Source: Thermoanaerobaculia bacterium (GTDB taxonomy: Bacteria; Acidobacteriota; Thermoanaerobaculia; Multivoradales; Multivoraceae). Taken from it: DNA of 64,000 nucleotides. The notes under the pieces are model-generated. The model was not told the origin of the DNA and made no database searches. It worked only from the letters and a program-made list of their open reading frames with translations. A program made the position numbers and the translations under genes. Positions within the stretch are counted from its first letter, which is position 1; every line of letters starts with the position of its first letter. Below are positions 55,986-64,000 of this stretch, piece by piece. Where the stretch lies: contig OY761158.1 in NCBI GenBank assembly GCA_963664405.1, positions 4,544,001-4,608,000 of the forward strand, in the 5' to 3' direction.

Positions 55986-57025
55986 GGCGCCACCTGCTGG
56001 AGCATCGTTCCTTCGCGAGCGATCTGTGCCGCGGCCTCGACCCAGTGGTCATCGCTGTTCAGAGAAGGAACCAGGCGGAGCTCTTGGCCCCCATGATCGA
56101 TGAAGTCCTGCCTGGCGCGGATGGCGATCTCTTCGAGGGTCTCGAGACAGTCGGCAACGAAGGCCGGAGAGAGAACGGCCAGCCGCTTCACGCCTTTCCT
56201 GGCGAGAGCCGGAACCCTGAGATCTGTGTAGGGCTTGATCCAAGGGTCGCGGCCGAGCCGAGATTGGAATGTCACCTCGTATTGACTCTCGTCGAGGCCG
56301 ACGAGCCTGGCGATGCCGCGGGCGGTCGCAAAGCACTGGGCCCGGTAGCAATTCCGGTTGGCGGCGACGATCGTGTCGCAACACCCATCGCCGAGACAGT
56401 GAGCGCCGTCGGACTCGTCGCTCTTGGTGACATGCCGCTCCGGCAGACCGTGGAAGCTCATGAGCGTAAAGTCTGGGGCGAAATGCTCGTGCACCCGCTT
56501 GGTCTGCTCCGCGAAGGATGCAAGGAATGCGGGATGATCGTAGAAGGGCGGCACGACTTGAATCGACGGTATGTTCCAGAATACCGACGCTTCTTCCATC
56601 ACCTTTTCAACGGCCGATCCCCAAGCCGCCGAGGAGTACTGGGGGAAGAGGGGGAAGACCACAAGCTTGTCGAGCGCCAGCTCGCGTAGGCGAATGAGAG
56701 CTTGGCGGATCGATGGGTTCTTGTAACGCATGGCGAGCTCGATTGCGACCTCGGGGCCGAGCTTCTTCTGGAGCTTTTTGGCCAGATCCTGCCCATGGAA
56801 AAGGAGAGGTGATCCGCGGTCGGTCCAGATCTGGCCGTATGCTTCGGCGGACTTGCGAGGCCGAAACGGAAGAATGAACAGATTGAGCACCAGCGCTCGC
56901 TGGATCGGGTGCACATCGAGCACGCGAGGGTCGGAGAGGAACTCTCGGAGGTAGCTGCGCACCTCGGCGGTACTGGGGCTGTCGGGAGTCCCGAGGTTGA
57001 CAAGGAGTAGGCCGTAGCGTGGCAC
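55982..57025 (-). CDS. hemH: Ferrochelatase with Cys-rich insertion
   Basis: LVNLGTP, YLREFLSDPRV, PLFPQYS, SFHGLP, FQSRLG, DCLETLEEI. Confidence 0.95.
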   Translation of the reverse strand: MPRYGLLLVNLGTPDSPSTAEVRSYLREFLSDPRVLDVHPIQRALVLNLFILPFRPRKSAEAYGQIWTDRGSPLLFHGQDLAKKLQKKLGPEVAIELAMRYKNPSIRQALIRLRELALDKLVVFPLFPQYSSAAWGSAVEKVMEEASVFWNIPSIQVVPPFYDHPAFLASFAEQTKRVHEHFAPDFTLMSFHGLPERHVTKSDESDGAHCLGDGCCDTIVAANRNCYRAQCFATARGIARLVGLDESQYEVTFQSRLGRDPWIKPYTDLRVPALARKGVKRLAVLSPAFVADCLETLEEIAIRARQDFIDHGGQELRLVPSLNSDDHWVEAAAQIAREGTMLQQVAP

Positions 57026-57086
57026 GGGGCGATCAAGTCTAGCAGTCAGTTGCCGGCCGCGCTTCGAGAAAAACTTGCTTCAAGCG

Positions 57087-59969
57087 TCACGCATGTGAGG
57101 TATTAGAGATACTTAGAACCCACCGAGCGGTTTCTTCGAGAAGAGGATCCGCGGGTCCTCGGGCGACCGATTCGACGAGCGGAGTGAGTCCTCTGATTTC
57201 CTCCTCGTGGACGAAGCTCAGTGCGGCCGCTCCCAGCCAGAGGCCGACGGCGTCGGAGTCTCTGGCTCCCTGGATGAGGTTGCGGACGATGTCCTGCTTC
57301 TCGCCGTGACTGATGTGGAATAACCGCTGAGCCTCGGCCAGACGCTCGTCGGAGGGTATGTCGTCGACCACGGCCAGCGTGTGCCGGCGGATGGACGGAG
57401 GGAGACTGTTATCGAGATACTCGAGAGCATGACCTCTCATCCTGGTGTCGGAGCTCTTGAGCTGTTCGAAAGCGGTGAGCCTTTCGTGTCGACTCTCCAC
57501 CATCGAGAGTAGAGCGAAGAGATTCGCCGAGTGGTCGGAGAGACGATCCATCAGCAGTTCCTGAAGCAGGGTTGGTGGCCGCTGGGAGCGCCAGCGGAGG
57601 CGGATTCCCCGAACGGAAAGCTCCCCGGGTCTCGAGATCGGGATCAGACGGGAGAAGGCACGGAGATAGAGTCTGGTCTCTTCTATGGCGTGCCTCTCGA
57701 CCACATGGCGATCGAAGCGGAGGCTCGGATCCTGGTCATGCAGTGAGGCCAGCGATGCGATGATCTTTCCGTTGAGGAAGGCGTCGTCGGTCGGGAGGCT
57801 GTCGATCAGGGCGTTCTTTGCGGCCTCTCCGCCGATGCGCGCGATGGTCTTGGGGAGGGCGCGCCGGATCCAGTAGAACTCTCTGGGGTCGGTCATGAAG
57901 TGGGCGAGTGCAGGGATCACCGCTTCGCCGCTGGCGACGAGGGCGTTGCGCACCTCGTGCTTCAGGCGCCGCTTCCTGAGCAGAGAGGTCAGAACCGGAA
58001 CGAATAGGTAGTTCACGCCGTCGCGCTCAATCTGTTGCAGCGCGCTGGCGATGGCTGCGCGAAGCACCTCGAGATCGGAGTCCGACAGCAGATGAAGAAG
58101 GCCAGCATGGGAGTCGGCGCCGCCGATAGAGCCCAGAGCTTGCGCCGCCGCCTCCCGGGTCTTGGGGTCGGCATCTCTGAGCATCCCGGCGAGCGCTCCC
58201 TGCGCTCGCTCGCCGATCTCTGGCTCGTTCTCGATCTGGAGGAGGCAGACGATGGCGGCGGCTCGCACCCGCTTGTCGGGGTCGCGCAGGCGGGGAACCA
58301 TCAGCGCAGAGATGTCTGTATCGGTGAGCGTTGCAAGCGTGCGCACCGCATCCACGCGCACGTCCGGATCGTTGTCGGCGACCAGGCGCTCGACCAGTGA
58401 CCGGGCGTCTCGACGTCCCAGATCGCTCAACAGGGCCAGGGTGCGGCGCCGGACCAGGGGGTCGTCGTGAAGAAGGAGCAGCGGCGGGACCAGGCGTCCG
58501 CGTCCCTGCGACGTCAACAGGTCGAGGCTGTGGAGCACTTCCCCCGAGTCCGCGCTTCCCAGTGAGCTGACAAGGACTTCCAGCGTGGTCACGTCAGAGG
58601 GATCGAGGCGCTCGTCGGGATCGATCCTTCTGGCCAACAGGCCCTCGCGAAAGATGGCGACGTAGTTCTTCCGCACGATGATGGTCAAAGCGAGCCAGGC
58701 AGCGACCAGAACCAGCACGGCCCAGCCCGTCTGGACCGGCGACACCCAGCCGAAGGTCACGCTCAACAGGAGCACCCCTGCTCCCGCCTTGGCGAATCGT
58801 TGCACCAGCACGTCGATGTAGGCCTTGATTCTGGGGCGGATGTTCAGGGGGACAGGAACGTAGAGAAGCTCTCTCGTGCCCTGGTCCAAGGAGTAGCGGA
58901 GCGCGCCCTCGCTGACTTTGAGCCCCGCCACCGCGGCGACGAGGAGGGAGGGCAACACAGCCGCGGAAAACAGCACGAGCATGGTGCCCAGGCCCATACA
59001 GACCGGCAGCACGCGGAGCGCGAAGCCCACGCCAAGCACCCGATGGACTCTCGAAGTCACCACCAGCTGCAACACCAGGGCGACCAAAGCGCTCAAACTG
59101 AAGAGGTTCCCGAACAGGCGGGTTCTTTGGTCCAGGAGGTCGGTGGACTGCTGGACGACCCAATTGAACTGCAGGTCGATGAACTGCGCCACGATGATGC
59201 TCACGAACATCAGCCCGGCAACCGCGAGGAGGTGTGGGGATTGGCGGATGGTGGCGAAGTCGCCGCGAGTGGCCTCCACCTTCGGCTCGGGTCGAGGCAT
59301 GGTGGTGGTTGCGTACGCGACCGTCTTGTTACCGTCGTGGATGCGGCGCACGAACGCCAGTGTTCCGAGTAACAGCAGGGTGGAGGCCAGGAGGGTGGCC
59401 CGGGTCTCCAGGAAGACGGAGCTCCAGCGGGCAACCTGACCGCCGATGACGCCGCCGAGGAGTCCCCCGGAGAGTACGAGGCCGAAGAGGCGGCGGGCTT
59501 GTCGTGGGTGGAGTAGTTGGCCGGCCCAGCTCCAGAACTGGCTGAAGAGAAGCAGGGTGACGATCGAGATCCAGATGTAGAAGACGAAGCTGACCCAGGG
59601 CCACGGGTAGGCGTAGAGAGACCAGAAGACCAACAGGGTCGCGACGACGACCAGGGTTGTCCACGAGATCAGCCGCTCGAGCGGGGCTCGTGCCGCTGCG
59701 CGGCTGTACCCTCGAAGAACCGGATAGGCGAAGAGAGCGACTACCACATAGACGATCGGTAGGCGCTCAAAGCCGAGGCTGTCCACGAAGGAGGATTGAC
59801 GGACGCTCTTGGCGGCGAATTGGAAGGCGCCGAGAAGAACGCAGTAGCCGAAGAGGGAGCCTACGAGGCCGGCTTCCTCCTGCCGAACGTCGAAGCCGAT
59901 TCGCGCGAGAGCCCGCCAAGGCCATCCAGTGGCTCTATGGGCCCCAGCCGGTTTTAGACTTCGGTCCAC
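57087..59969 (-). CDS. Npt1/Npt2 (NTT, ATP/ADP translocase-like) transporter fused to HEAT repeats
   Basis: About 12 TM N-terminal domain with KSVRQS, SQFWS, ARRLFG..GG..GG, LRYSLDQGTRELLYVPVP..KAYIDV; DPLVR/DPDVR/DKRVR HEAT repeats. Confidence 0.85.
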   Translation of the reverse strand: MDRSLKPAGAHRATGWPWRALARIGFDVRQEEAGLVGSLFGYCVLLGAFQFAAKSVRQSSFVDSLGFERLPIVYVVVALFAYPVLRGYSRAAARAPLERLISWTTLVVVATLLVFWSLYAYPWPWVSFVFYIWISIVTLLLFSQFWSWAGQLLHPRQARRLFGLVLSGGLLGGVIGGQVARWSSVFLETRATLLASTLLLLGTLAFVRRIHDGNKTVAYATTTMPRPEPKVEATRGDFATIRQSPHLLAVAGLMFVSIIVAQFIDLQFNWVVQQSTDLLDQRTRLFGNLFSLSALVALVLQLVVTSRVHRVLGVGFALRVLPVCMGLGTMLVLFSAAVLPSLLVAAVAGLKVSEGALRYSLDQGTRELLYVPVPLNIRPRIKAYIDVLVQRFAKAGAGVLLLSVTFGWVSPVQTGWAVLVLVAAWLALTIIVRKNYVAIFREGLLARRIDPDERLDPSDVTTLEVLVSSLGSADSGEVLHSLDLLTSQGRGRLVPPLLLLHDDPLVRRRTLALLSDLGRRDARSLVERLVADNDPDVRVDAVRTLATLTDTDISALMVPRLRDPDKRVRAAAIVCLLQIENEPEIGERAQGALAGMLRDADPKTREAAAQALGSIGGADSHAGLLHLLSDSDLEVLRAAIASALQQIERDGVNYLFVPVLTSLLRKRRLKHEVRNALVASGEAVIPALAHFMTDPREFYWIRRALPKTIARIGGEAAKNALIDSLPTDDAFLNGKIIASLASLHDQDPSLRFDRHVVERHAIEETRLYLRAFSRLIPISRPGELSVRGIRLRWRSQRPPTLLQELLMDRLSDHSANLFALLSMVESRHERLTAFEQLKSSDTRMRGHALEYLDNSLPPSIRRHTLAVVDDIPSDERLAEAQRLFHISHGEKQDIVRNLIQGARDSDAVGLWLGAAALSFVHEEEIRGLTPLVESVARGPADPLLEETARWVLSISNTSHA

Positions 59970-59976
59970 TAGCCGA

Positions 59977-60801
59977 CTAGTCTGCAGGTAGCATCAACAC
60001 CGCCGGATCGATCCGTGCTCCACGCCAACGAAGACCGAAGTGTAGATGAGGGCCCGTCACCCTTCCGGTGCTACCGACCCTGCCGATAGCTTTGCCGCCT
60101 TCGACTTTTTCGCCGGCCTCGACATCGATCCGGCTGAGATGCATATACATACTGATCAGTCCGTCTCCGTGGTCGATGAAGACGCTGTTGCCGCCGAAGA
60201 AGTGCTCCTCCGCAAGCACTACCTCGCCGGCCGCGGCGGCCAGTACCGTAGTGCCTGTCGAGGCCTTGTAGTCTTCGCCGCTGTGAGGGCTGCGCGGCTG
60301 GCCGTTGAAGACCCTTTTGGAGCCGAAGCTGGTGCCGGGTCGCGGATCTTTGATCGGGTGTGCAAGCGGAATCTCGAACTGTCTACCGGTGTCGCGATCC
60401 CACAGGGCATCGATCTGAGCTCTCTCCTCACCGGCGCGAGTGAGATTGGCCTCTGACAAGTTGACCTGGCCGTCGTCGCTCACCCGCAGATGCTGCACGC
60501 GATAGGGATAATCACCCAGCTTTACCGTGGCCGACTCTTGCGCTCCATTGCGACGGCGATGGATGGCAAGCTCGCCGCTGCGGTCGAGGTCGATCGGGAA
60601 GTAACAAGTGTCTCCGTGAGGGAGCCAGGAGCGGTCGTCCGCCGAGCAGCTTTCGGTGTCGGCTGCGACCCAACGAACGACGGTGCCGGCAACAGCGGAG
60701 ATGGGCTCGTCCTCGGCCACGAGGCCGGGTGCGAGAAGCGCGATTCCGAGAGCCGAGAGTACGAGGCTCGCCGCGAGTGGGCATCTGTTGCGGGTTGTCA
60801 T
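59977..60801 (-). CDS. Exported M23 family metallopeptidase
   Basis: Signal peptide; HSGED (HxxxD), YMHL, GSTGRVTGPHLHF. Confidence 0.92.
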   Translation of the reverse strand: MTTRNRCPLAASLVLSALGIALLAPGLVAEDEPISAVAGTVVRWVAADTESCSADDRSWLPHGDTCYFPIDLDRSGELAIHRRRNGAQESATVKLGDYPYRVQHLRVSDDGQVNLSEANLTRAGEERAQIDALWDRDTGRQFEIPLAHPIKDPRPGTSFGSKRVFNGQPRSPHSGEDYKASTGTTVLAAAAGEVVLAEEHFFGGNSVFIDHGDGLISMYMHLSRIDVEAGEKVEGGKAIGRVGSTGRVTGPHLHFGLRWRGARIDPAVLMLPAD

Positions 60802-60840
60802 GGTGGGGTCGGCTTGCTCTGCCGGATCGTAGCACCGGCC

Positions 60841-61128
60841 CTAAGGATCCAGCATGACAGTCGCTCTTCCCTGCTCGGCGATAAGCGCGCGGAAGTGGAC
60901 GAGGATTCGCTACCGGTCGGTGAGATCGCCGGTCTGCACCAAGGTCGTGTCGTCGCCGGACCAGGTGAGCTTGTCGTCGACCAGACCGGTGGTGCGAAGG
61001 ATCTCCACCAGCTCGCCGTAGGCACCGTGGATGTCACCGATGGCGACGGTACGCCCCGCGGACGCCGTGGCCGGCAGCGACGAGAGAATGAGTGCCGCCG
61101 CTGCGATCCGACCCAACGCCGAGCTCAT
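60841..61128 (-). pseudogene. Internally deleted paralog of the exported phosphatase-kinase gene
   Basis: Signal peptide plus [10 protein letters not shown]...GDLTDR, TAG, then in-frame RILVHFRALIAEQGRATVML resembling the C-terminus of 53934-55985. Confidence 0.8.
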
Positions 61129-61547
61129 CAGGAATCCCGGTCGACTTCGGGCTCTGAGAGAAATTCGCGAAATAGTGCCTTGACGATCTCGATGTTGTGA
61201 GAGAGCAGGTCGAAGAAGTCGTCGGCCTCGACAGCCAGGGTCACGGTAGAGCACTGGGCGGTAGCTCTGGAGGAGTGCAGGCGTCCGCTGAGGATCTCCC
61301 TCGCTCCGAATGTCTGGCGAGAGAGGGCACGCCGTGCCCCATCACTCGTGCCCACGAGCTCCACCTCACCCTCGACGACGCAGTAGAAGGCGTCCGCCGG
61401 CTCGTTGATGCCATAGACCTCCTCCCCTTCTTCGAAGTGTCGCTCACTGGAGATGCCGGCGATGCGCACAACCTCCTCGGCGCTGCAGTGGCTGAAGATG
61501 TCGACATTGCGCAGCATCATCACCTTTTCGATCTGGGCGAGCTTCAC
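61128..61547 (-). CDS. Stand-alone cyclic nucleotide-binding (cNMP) domain protein
   Basis: IEKVMMLRNVDIFS, F..GE, FYCVVEGEV, FGAREIL; no HTH. Confidence 0.85.
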   Translation of the reverse strand: MKLAQIEKVMMLRNVDIFSHCSAEEVVRIAGISSERHFEEGEEVYGINEPADAFYCVVEGEVELVGTSDGARRALSRQTFGAREILSGRLHSSRATAQCSTVTLAVEADDFFDLLSHNIEIVKALFREFLSEPEVDRDS

Positions 61548-61578
61548 GAGGCCGCCCAGTCTACCAGCCGGCCGAGTC

Positions 61579-62334
61579 TCAGATTCCTAACAAGCGGCGC
61601 TGGTTGTCTTCTATCGCCTCGAACACTTCTTCCTCCGAGGTCTCCTTGAGACGGGCGATCTCGGACAGGCTTATGCGCACATTCGCCGGCTCGTTACGCT
61701 CGCCCGGAGTCGGACCCAGTACCGGACTGTCGGTCTCGACCAGGAGGCAGGATAGCGGCAGACGCCGCACCAACTTCTGCTTCTGGGGAGAGCGCACCAC
61801 CGACGGCGGCACCGAGAAGTAGAAGCCGGCTTCGACTCCAGGGAGTGCCTTGGCGGCGCGGCCGTCGAAGGCATGAAGGAGAGCTTTCCTCGCTCCGGCT
61901 TCGAGTAAGAGGGCGATGGCGGCGCCGCCGGCAGAGCGTGAGTGAATGTTGAGGGGCAGGTCGGTCTCCGTCGATAGGCGGATGAAGCGAAGGAAGATCT
62001 CGCTTTGTAGCTCCCTTTGGGCAGGCTCTTTGACCTTCCAGTGGTCGAGACCGACCTCACCGATCGCCACCAGACGATCACGCTCGCGTCGAATGAGCTC
62101 TAGCATCTGCTCGGCCTCGCCCAGGTCCAGGATCGTCGGGTAGAGGCCGGCGGTAGGGCGGATGATGTCGGGGTGCGCCTCGGCCAGGTCGAGGTTCTTC
62201 TGTGCATCGTCGAGCGTTTCGCCGACACAGACGACTGCCCCTACCCCGGAGGCGCGGGCGCGCTCGAGAACCGCGGAGCGATCCTCGTCGAAGACCGGGT
62301 CGCAGAGATGGGCATGTACGTCGACGAGGGGCAT
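61579..62334 (-). CDS. TatD family hydrolase/nuclease
   Basis: DVHAHL, AIGEVGLD, NIHSRSA, LHAFDG, VETDSP, RNEP; start MPLVD 62334. Confidence 0.9.
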   Translation of the reverse strand: MPLVDVHAHLCDPVFDEDRSAVLERARASGVGAVVCVGETLDDAQKNLDLAEAHPDIIRPTAGLYPTILDLGEAEQMLELIRRERDRLVAIGEVGLDHWKVKEPAQRELQSEIFLRFIRLSTETDLPLNIHSRSAGGAAIALLLEAGARKALLHAFDGRAAKALPGVEAGFYFSVPPSVVRSPQKQKLVRRLPLSCLLVETDSPVLGPTPGERNEPANVRISLSEIARLKETSEEEVFEAIEDNQRRLLGI

Positions 62335-62350
62335 CGGCTCGGGTCGATGG

Positions 62351-63259
62351 CTAGGCGTCTCGGGACCGGGCTCTGTCCTCGAGCTCTTCGAGAGTGCGGG
62401 GCCAGTCCTTCTTGAGAAGACGGGAGAGGGCGCGATCGGCCAGAAGGCGCCCACGGTTCTGGCAGCGAGCGCAGTAATTGCACTCGTTCTCGGCATAGAC
62501 GATGCGCTGAACCGGCGAGCCGCAGTCAGGGCAGGGCTCGCGAAAGCGCCCGTGAACGGCCATTCCCGCGCGAAAGGCGGTTACCTTTTTGGGAAAGGTA
62601 ACGCCGGTCTCCTGCTCCAGTCGACTCTTCCACTCTTCCAGAACATCACGGGTGGCGACGTAGAGGCGCTCCAATTCTTCCTCGGAGAGCCGGGAGCTCA
62701 GCTTCATCGGTGAGAGTCTGGCGCGGTGCAGAATCTCGTCGGAATAAGCGTTGCCGATCCCCGACAGGATCCGGGGGTCGGTGAGGGCTCGCTTGAGAGT
62801 GTGGTTCTCTCGCGTCAATGCGGCGCCGAAGTGCGCCGCGTCTGTCGCCAATACCTCGAGCCCTCCACGGTCGAAGGCAGCGAGAGATTCTCTGCCGCGG
62901 ACGACGTGAAGGGATGCCCTCTTCTTGGAGCCCGCCTCTCGTAGGAGGAGGGTGCCCGGGGCAAAGTCGAAAGCGGCGAGCCCGACTTTCATCGGCAGTC
63001 GCGCACCGCTCGCGAGCCAGAGGAATCGCCCAGCGATCATCAGATGGATCACCAGAAAGAGGTCGCCTTCGAGCTCGACGATGATGCGCTTGCCGAGGCG
63101 ACTGACACCGGTGACGGTCAACCCCTCGGCGTCGGAGAGCGGTGGGTCTACTGAGCGCAGGACGAACGGGCTACCGAGCCGCGTCCGCTCCAGGATCTCG
63201 CCGACGATACGAGCTCGGAGCGCTCCGAGGTAGACCTCGATATCCGGCAGCTCGGGCAC
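62351..63259 (-). CDS. Fpg/Nei family DNA glycosylase/AP lyase
   Basis: N-terminal PELP, GK..HLMIAG, H2TH GIGNAYSDEIL, zinc finger CPDC..CARC. Confidence 0.9.
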   Translation of the reverse strand: MPELPDIEVYLGALRARIVGEILERTRLGSPFVLRSVDPPLSDAEGLTVTGVSRLGKRIIVELEGDLFLVIHLMIAGRFLWLASGARLPMKVGLAAFDFAPGTLLLREAGSKKRASLHVVRGRESLAAFDRGGLEVLATDAAHFGAALTRENHTLKRALTDPRILSGIGNAYSDEILHRARLSPMKLSSRLSEEELERLYVATRDVLEEWKSRLEQETGVTFPKKVTAFRAGMAVHGRFREPCPDCGSPVQRIVYAENECNYCARCQNRGRLLADRALSRLLKKDWPRTLEELEDRARSRDA

Positions 63260-63879
63260 TAGCGCAGAGTCAGGCCCAAGACGCCCTCGAGCTCGTTTAC
63301 GGCCTGCTCCCCATCGACCACTTTGATGGTGGTCACCCCCATAGCCCTGGCCGGTTTCAGATTACCGCCGATGTCGTCGAGAAAAATCGCCTCCGGCGGC
63401 TCGACTCCGAGCTGCGCGAAGGTGAGCTCGTAGATGGCGGGCTCAGGCTTGCGCATACCGACAACGCTCGACTCGATGAAGTGGTCGAAGAGGGGGCGAA
63501 GCTGATGGCGATCGCGTCCGTCATGAGCCCAGTTGTTGGTCAGGGCCGCGGTAATGACGCCGTTTCGGCGGAGCTGGCGGAGGGCTTGAATCATCTCCGG
63601 CCTCGGTGAGCCTCCCTGAGCGATGTGGGCCATGACCTCGGCAGTGGGAAGCAGATGGCCGCGCTCTGTACAAGCCTCGTCGAAGAGGGTGCAGAAGCTG
63701 TCGAGATCGAGGTCTCCTCGCTCCAGTCTCGCCCATGGCCCTTCGCTTCCTGTCTCTCTGACCACACGGTTGAGAAAGCCCTCGGGGATCCCCTTCTCGC
63801 GCTCGAAACCGGCGATGGAGTGGAGGGGAGATCCGAGCACGACCCCTCCAAGATCGAAGATAACGGCTTTGTGCGGCAT
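63259..63879 (-). CDS. HAD-family phosphatase
   Basis: VIFDLGGV, LTNN, RKPEPAIY, FLDD. Confidence 0.9.
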   Translation of the reverse strand: MPHKAVIFDLGGVVLGSPLHSIAGFEREKGIPEGFLNRVVRETGSEGPWARLERGDLDLDSFCTLFDEACTERGHLLPTAEVMAHIAQGGSPRPEMIQALRQLRRNGVITAALTNNWAHDGRDRHQLRPLFDHFIESSVVGMRKPEPAIYELTFAQLGVEPPEAIFLDDIGGNLKPARAMGVTTIKVVDGEQAVNELEGVLGLTLR

Positions 63880-64000
63880 AGACGTCTGCTCCCAGAGCGC
63901 GGATTGTATCCCGGGCTACGCAAATGATCGCTATCATGATCGCTGTCATGAAGGTCAGACAATTGGCCGCTTCGCGAGGTGTGAAAGCGGCACGCAGCCT

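Noticed and set aside
60910-60912. In-frame TAG as pyrrolysine or programmed read-through
   Set aside because: Read-through would give only a 95-aa chimera lacking most catalytic motifs; a deletion junction is the simpler explanation and no pyl genes are seen

Overview
GC-rich bacterial chromosomal window, probably Acidobacteriota (inferred from the RpoA N-terminus MLWKGFQRP and the SecY C-terminal style; not verified). 1-14.3 kb: S10-spc-alpha ribosomal superoperon (rpsJ to rplQ) lacking rpsN and rpsD. 14-25 kb: EF-G2, an M16 peptidase pair, lexA, a PilT/PilU ATPase with a coiled-coil tail, gatCA and an amidase. 25-29 kb: an ECF sigma factor split between regions 2 and 4 by a complete IS21 element (6-bp target duplication), followed by its zinc-finger anti-sigma. 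29-44 kb: long GreA, a RodZ-like gene cluster with DnaJ-TPR, PP2C and gcvP, a frameshifted MFS gene, a PTP-like phosphatase, cimA and a SNF2 helicase. 44-54 kb: attenuator-controlled ilvE-ilvB-ilvN-ilvC-leuA-leuC-leuD-leuB operon. 54-64 kb holds the most unusual locus: a signal-peptide-bearing protein that fuses a Shewanella-like metallophosphatase to an atypical PI3/4K/HipA-like kinase domain. It clusters with an ATP/ADP-translocase-like (NTT)-HEAT transporter, a stand-alone cNMP-binding protein, an M23 peptidase, hemH and an internally deleted second copy of the phosphatase-kinase gene. This is a candidate extracytoplasmic phosphorylation system supplied with exported ATP (hypothesis). A recurrent ATGAT-N4-ATCAT/REP-like element and several short-leader extended -10 promoters are also visible. 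No rRNA, tRNA or CRISPR array was recognised.
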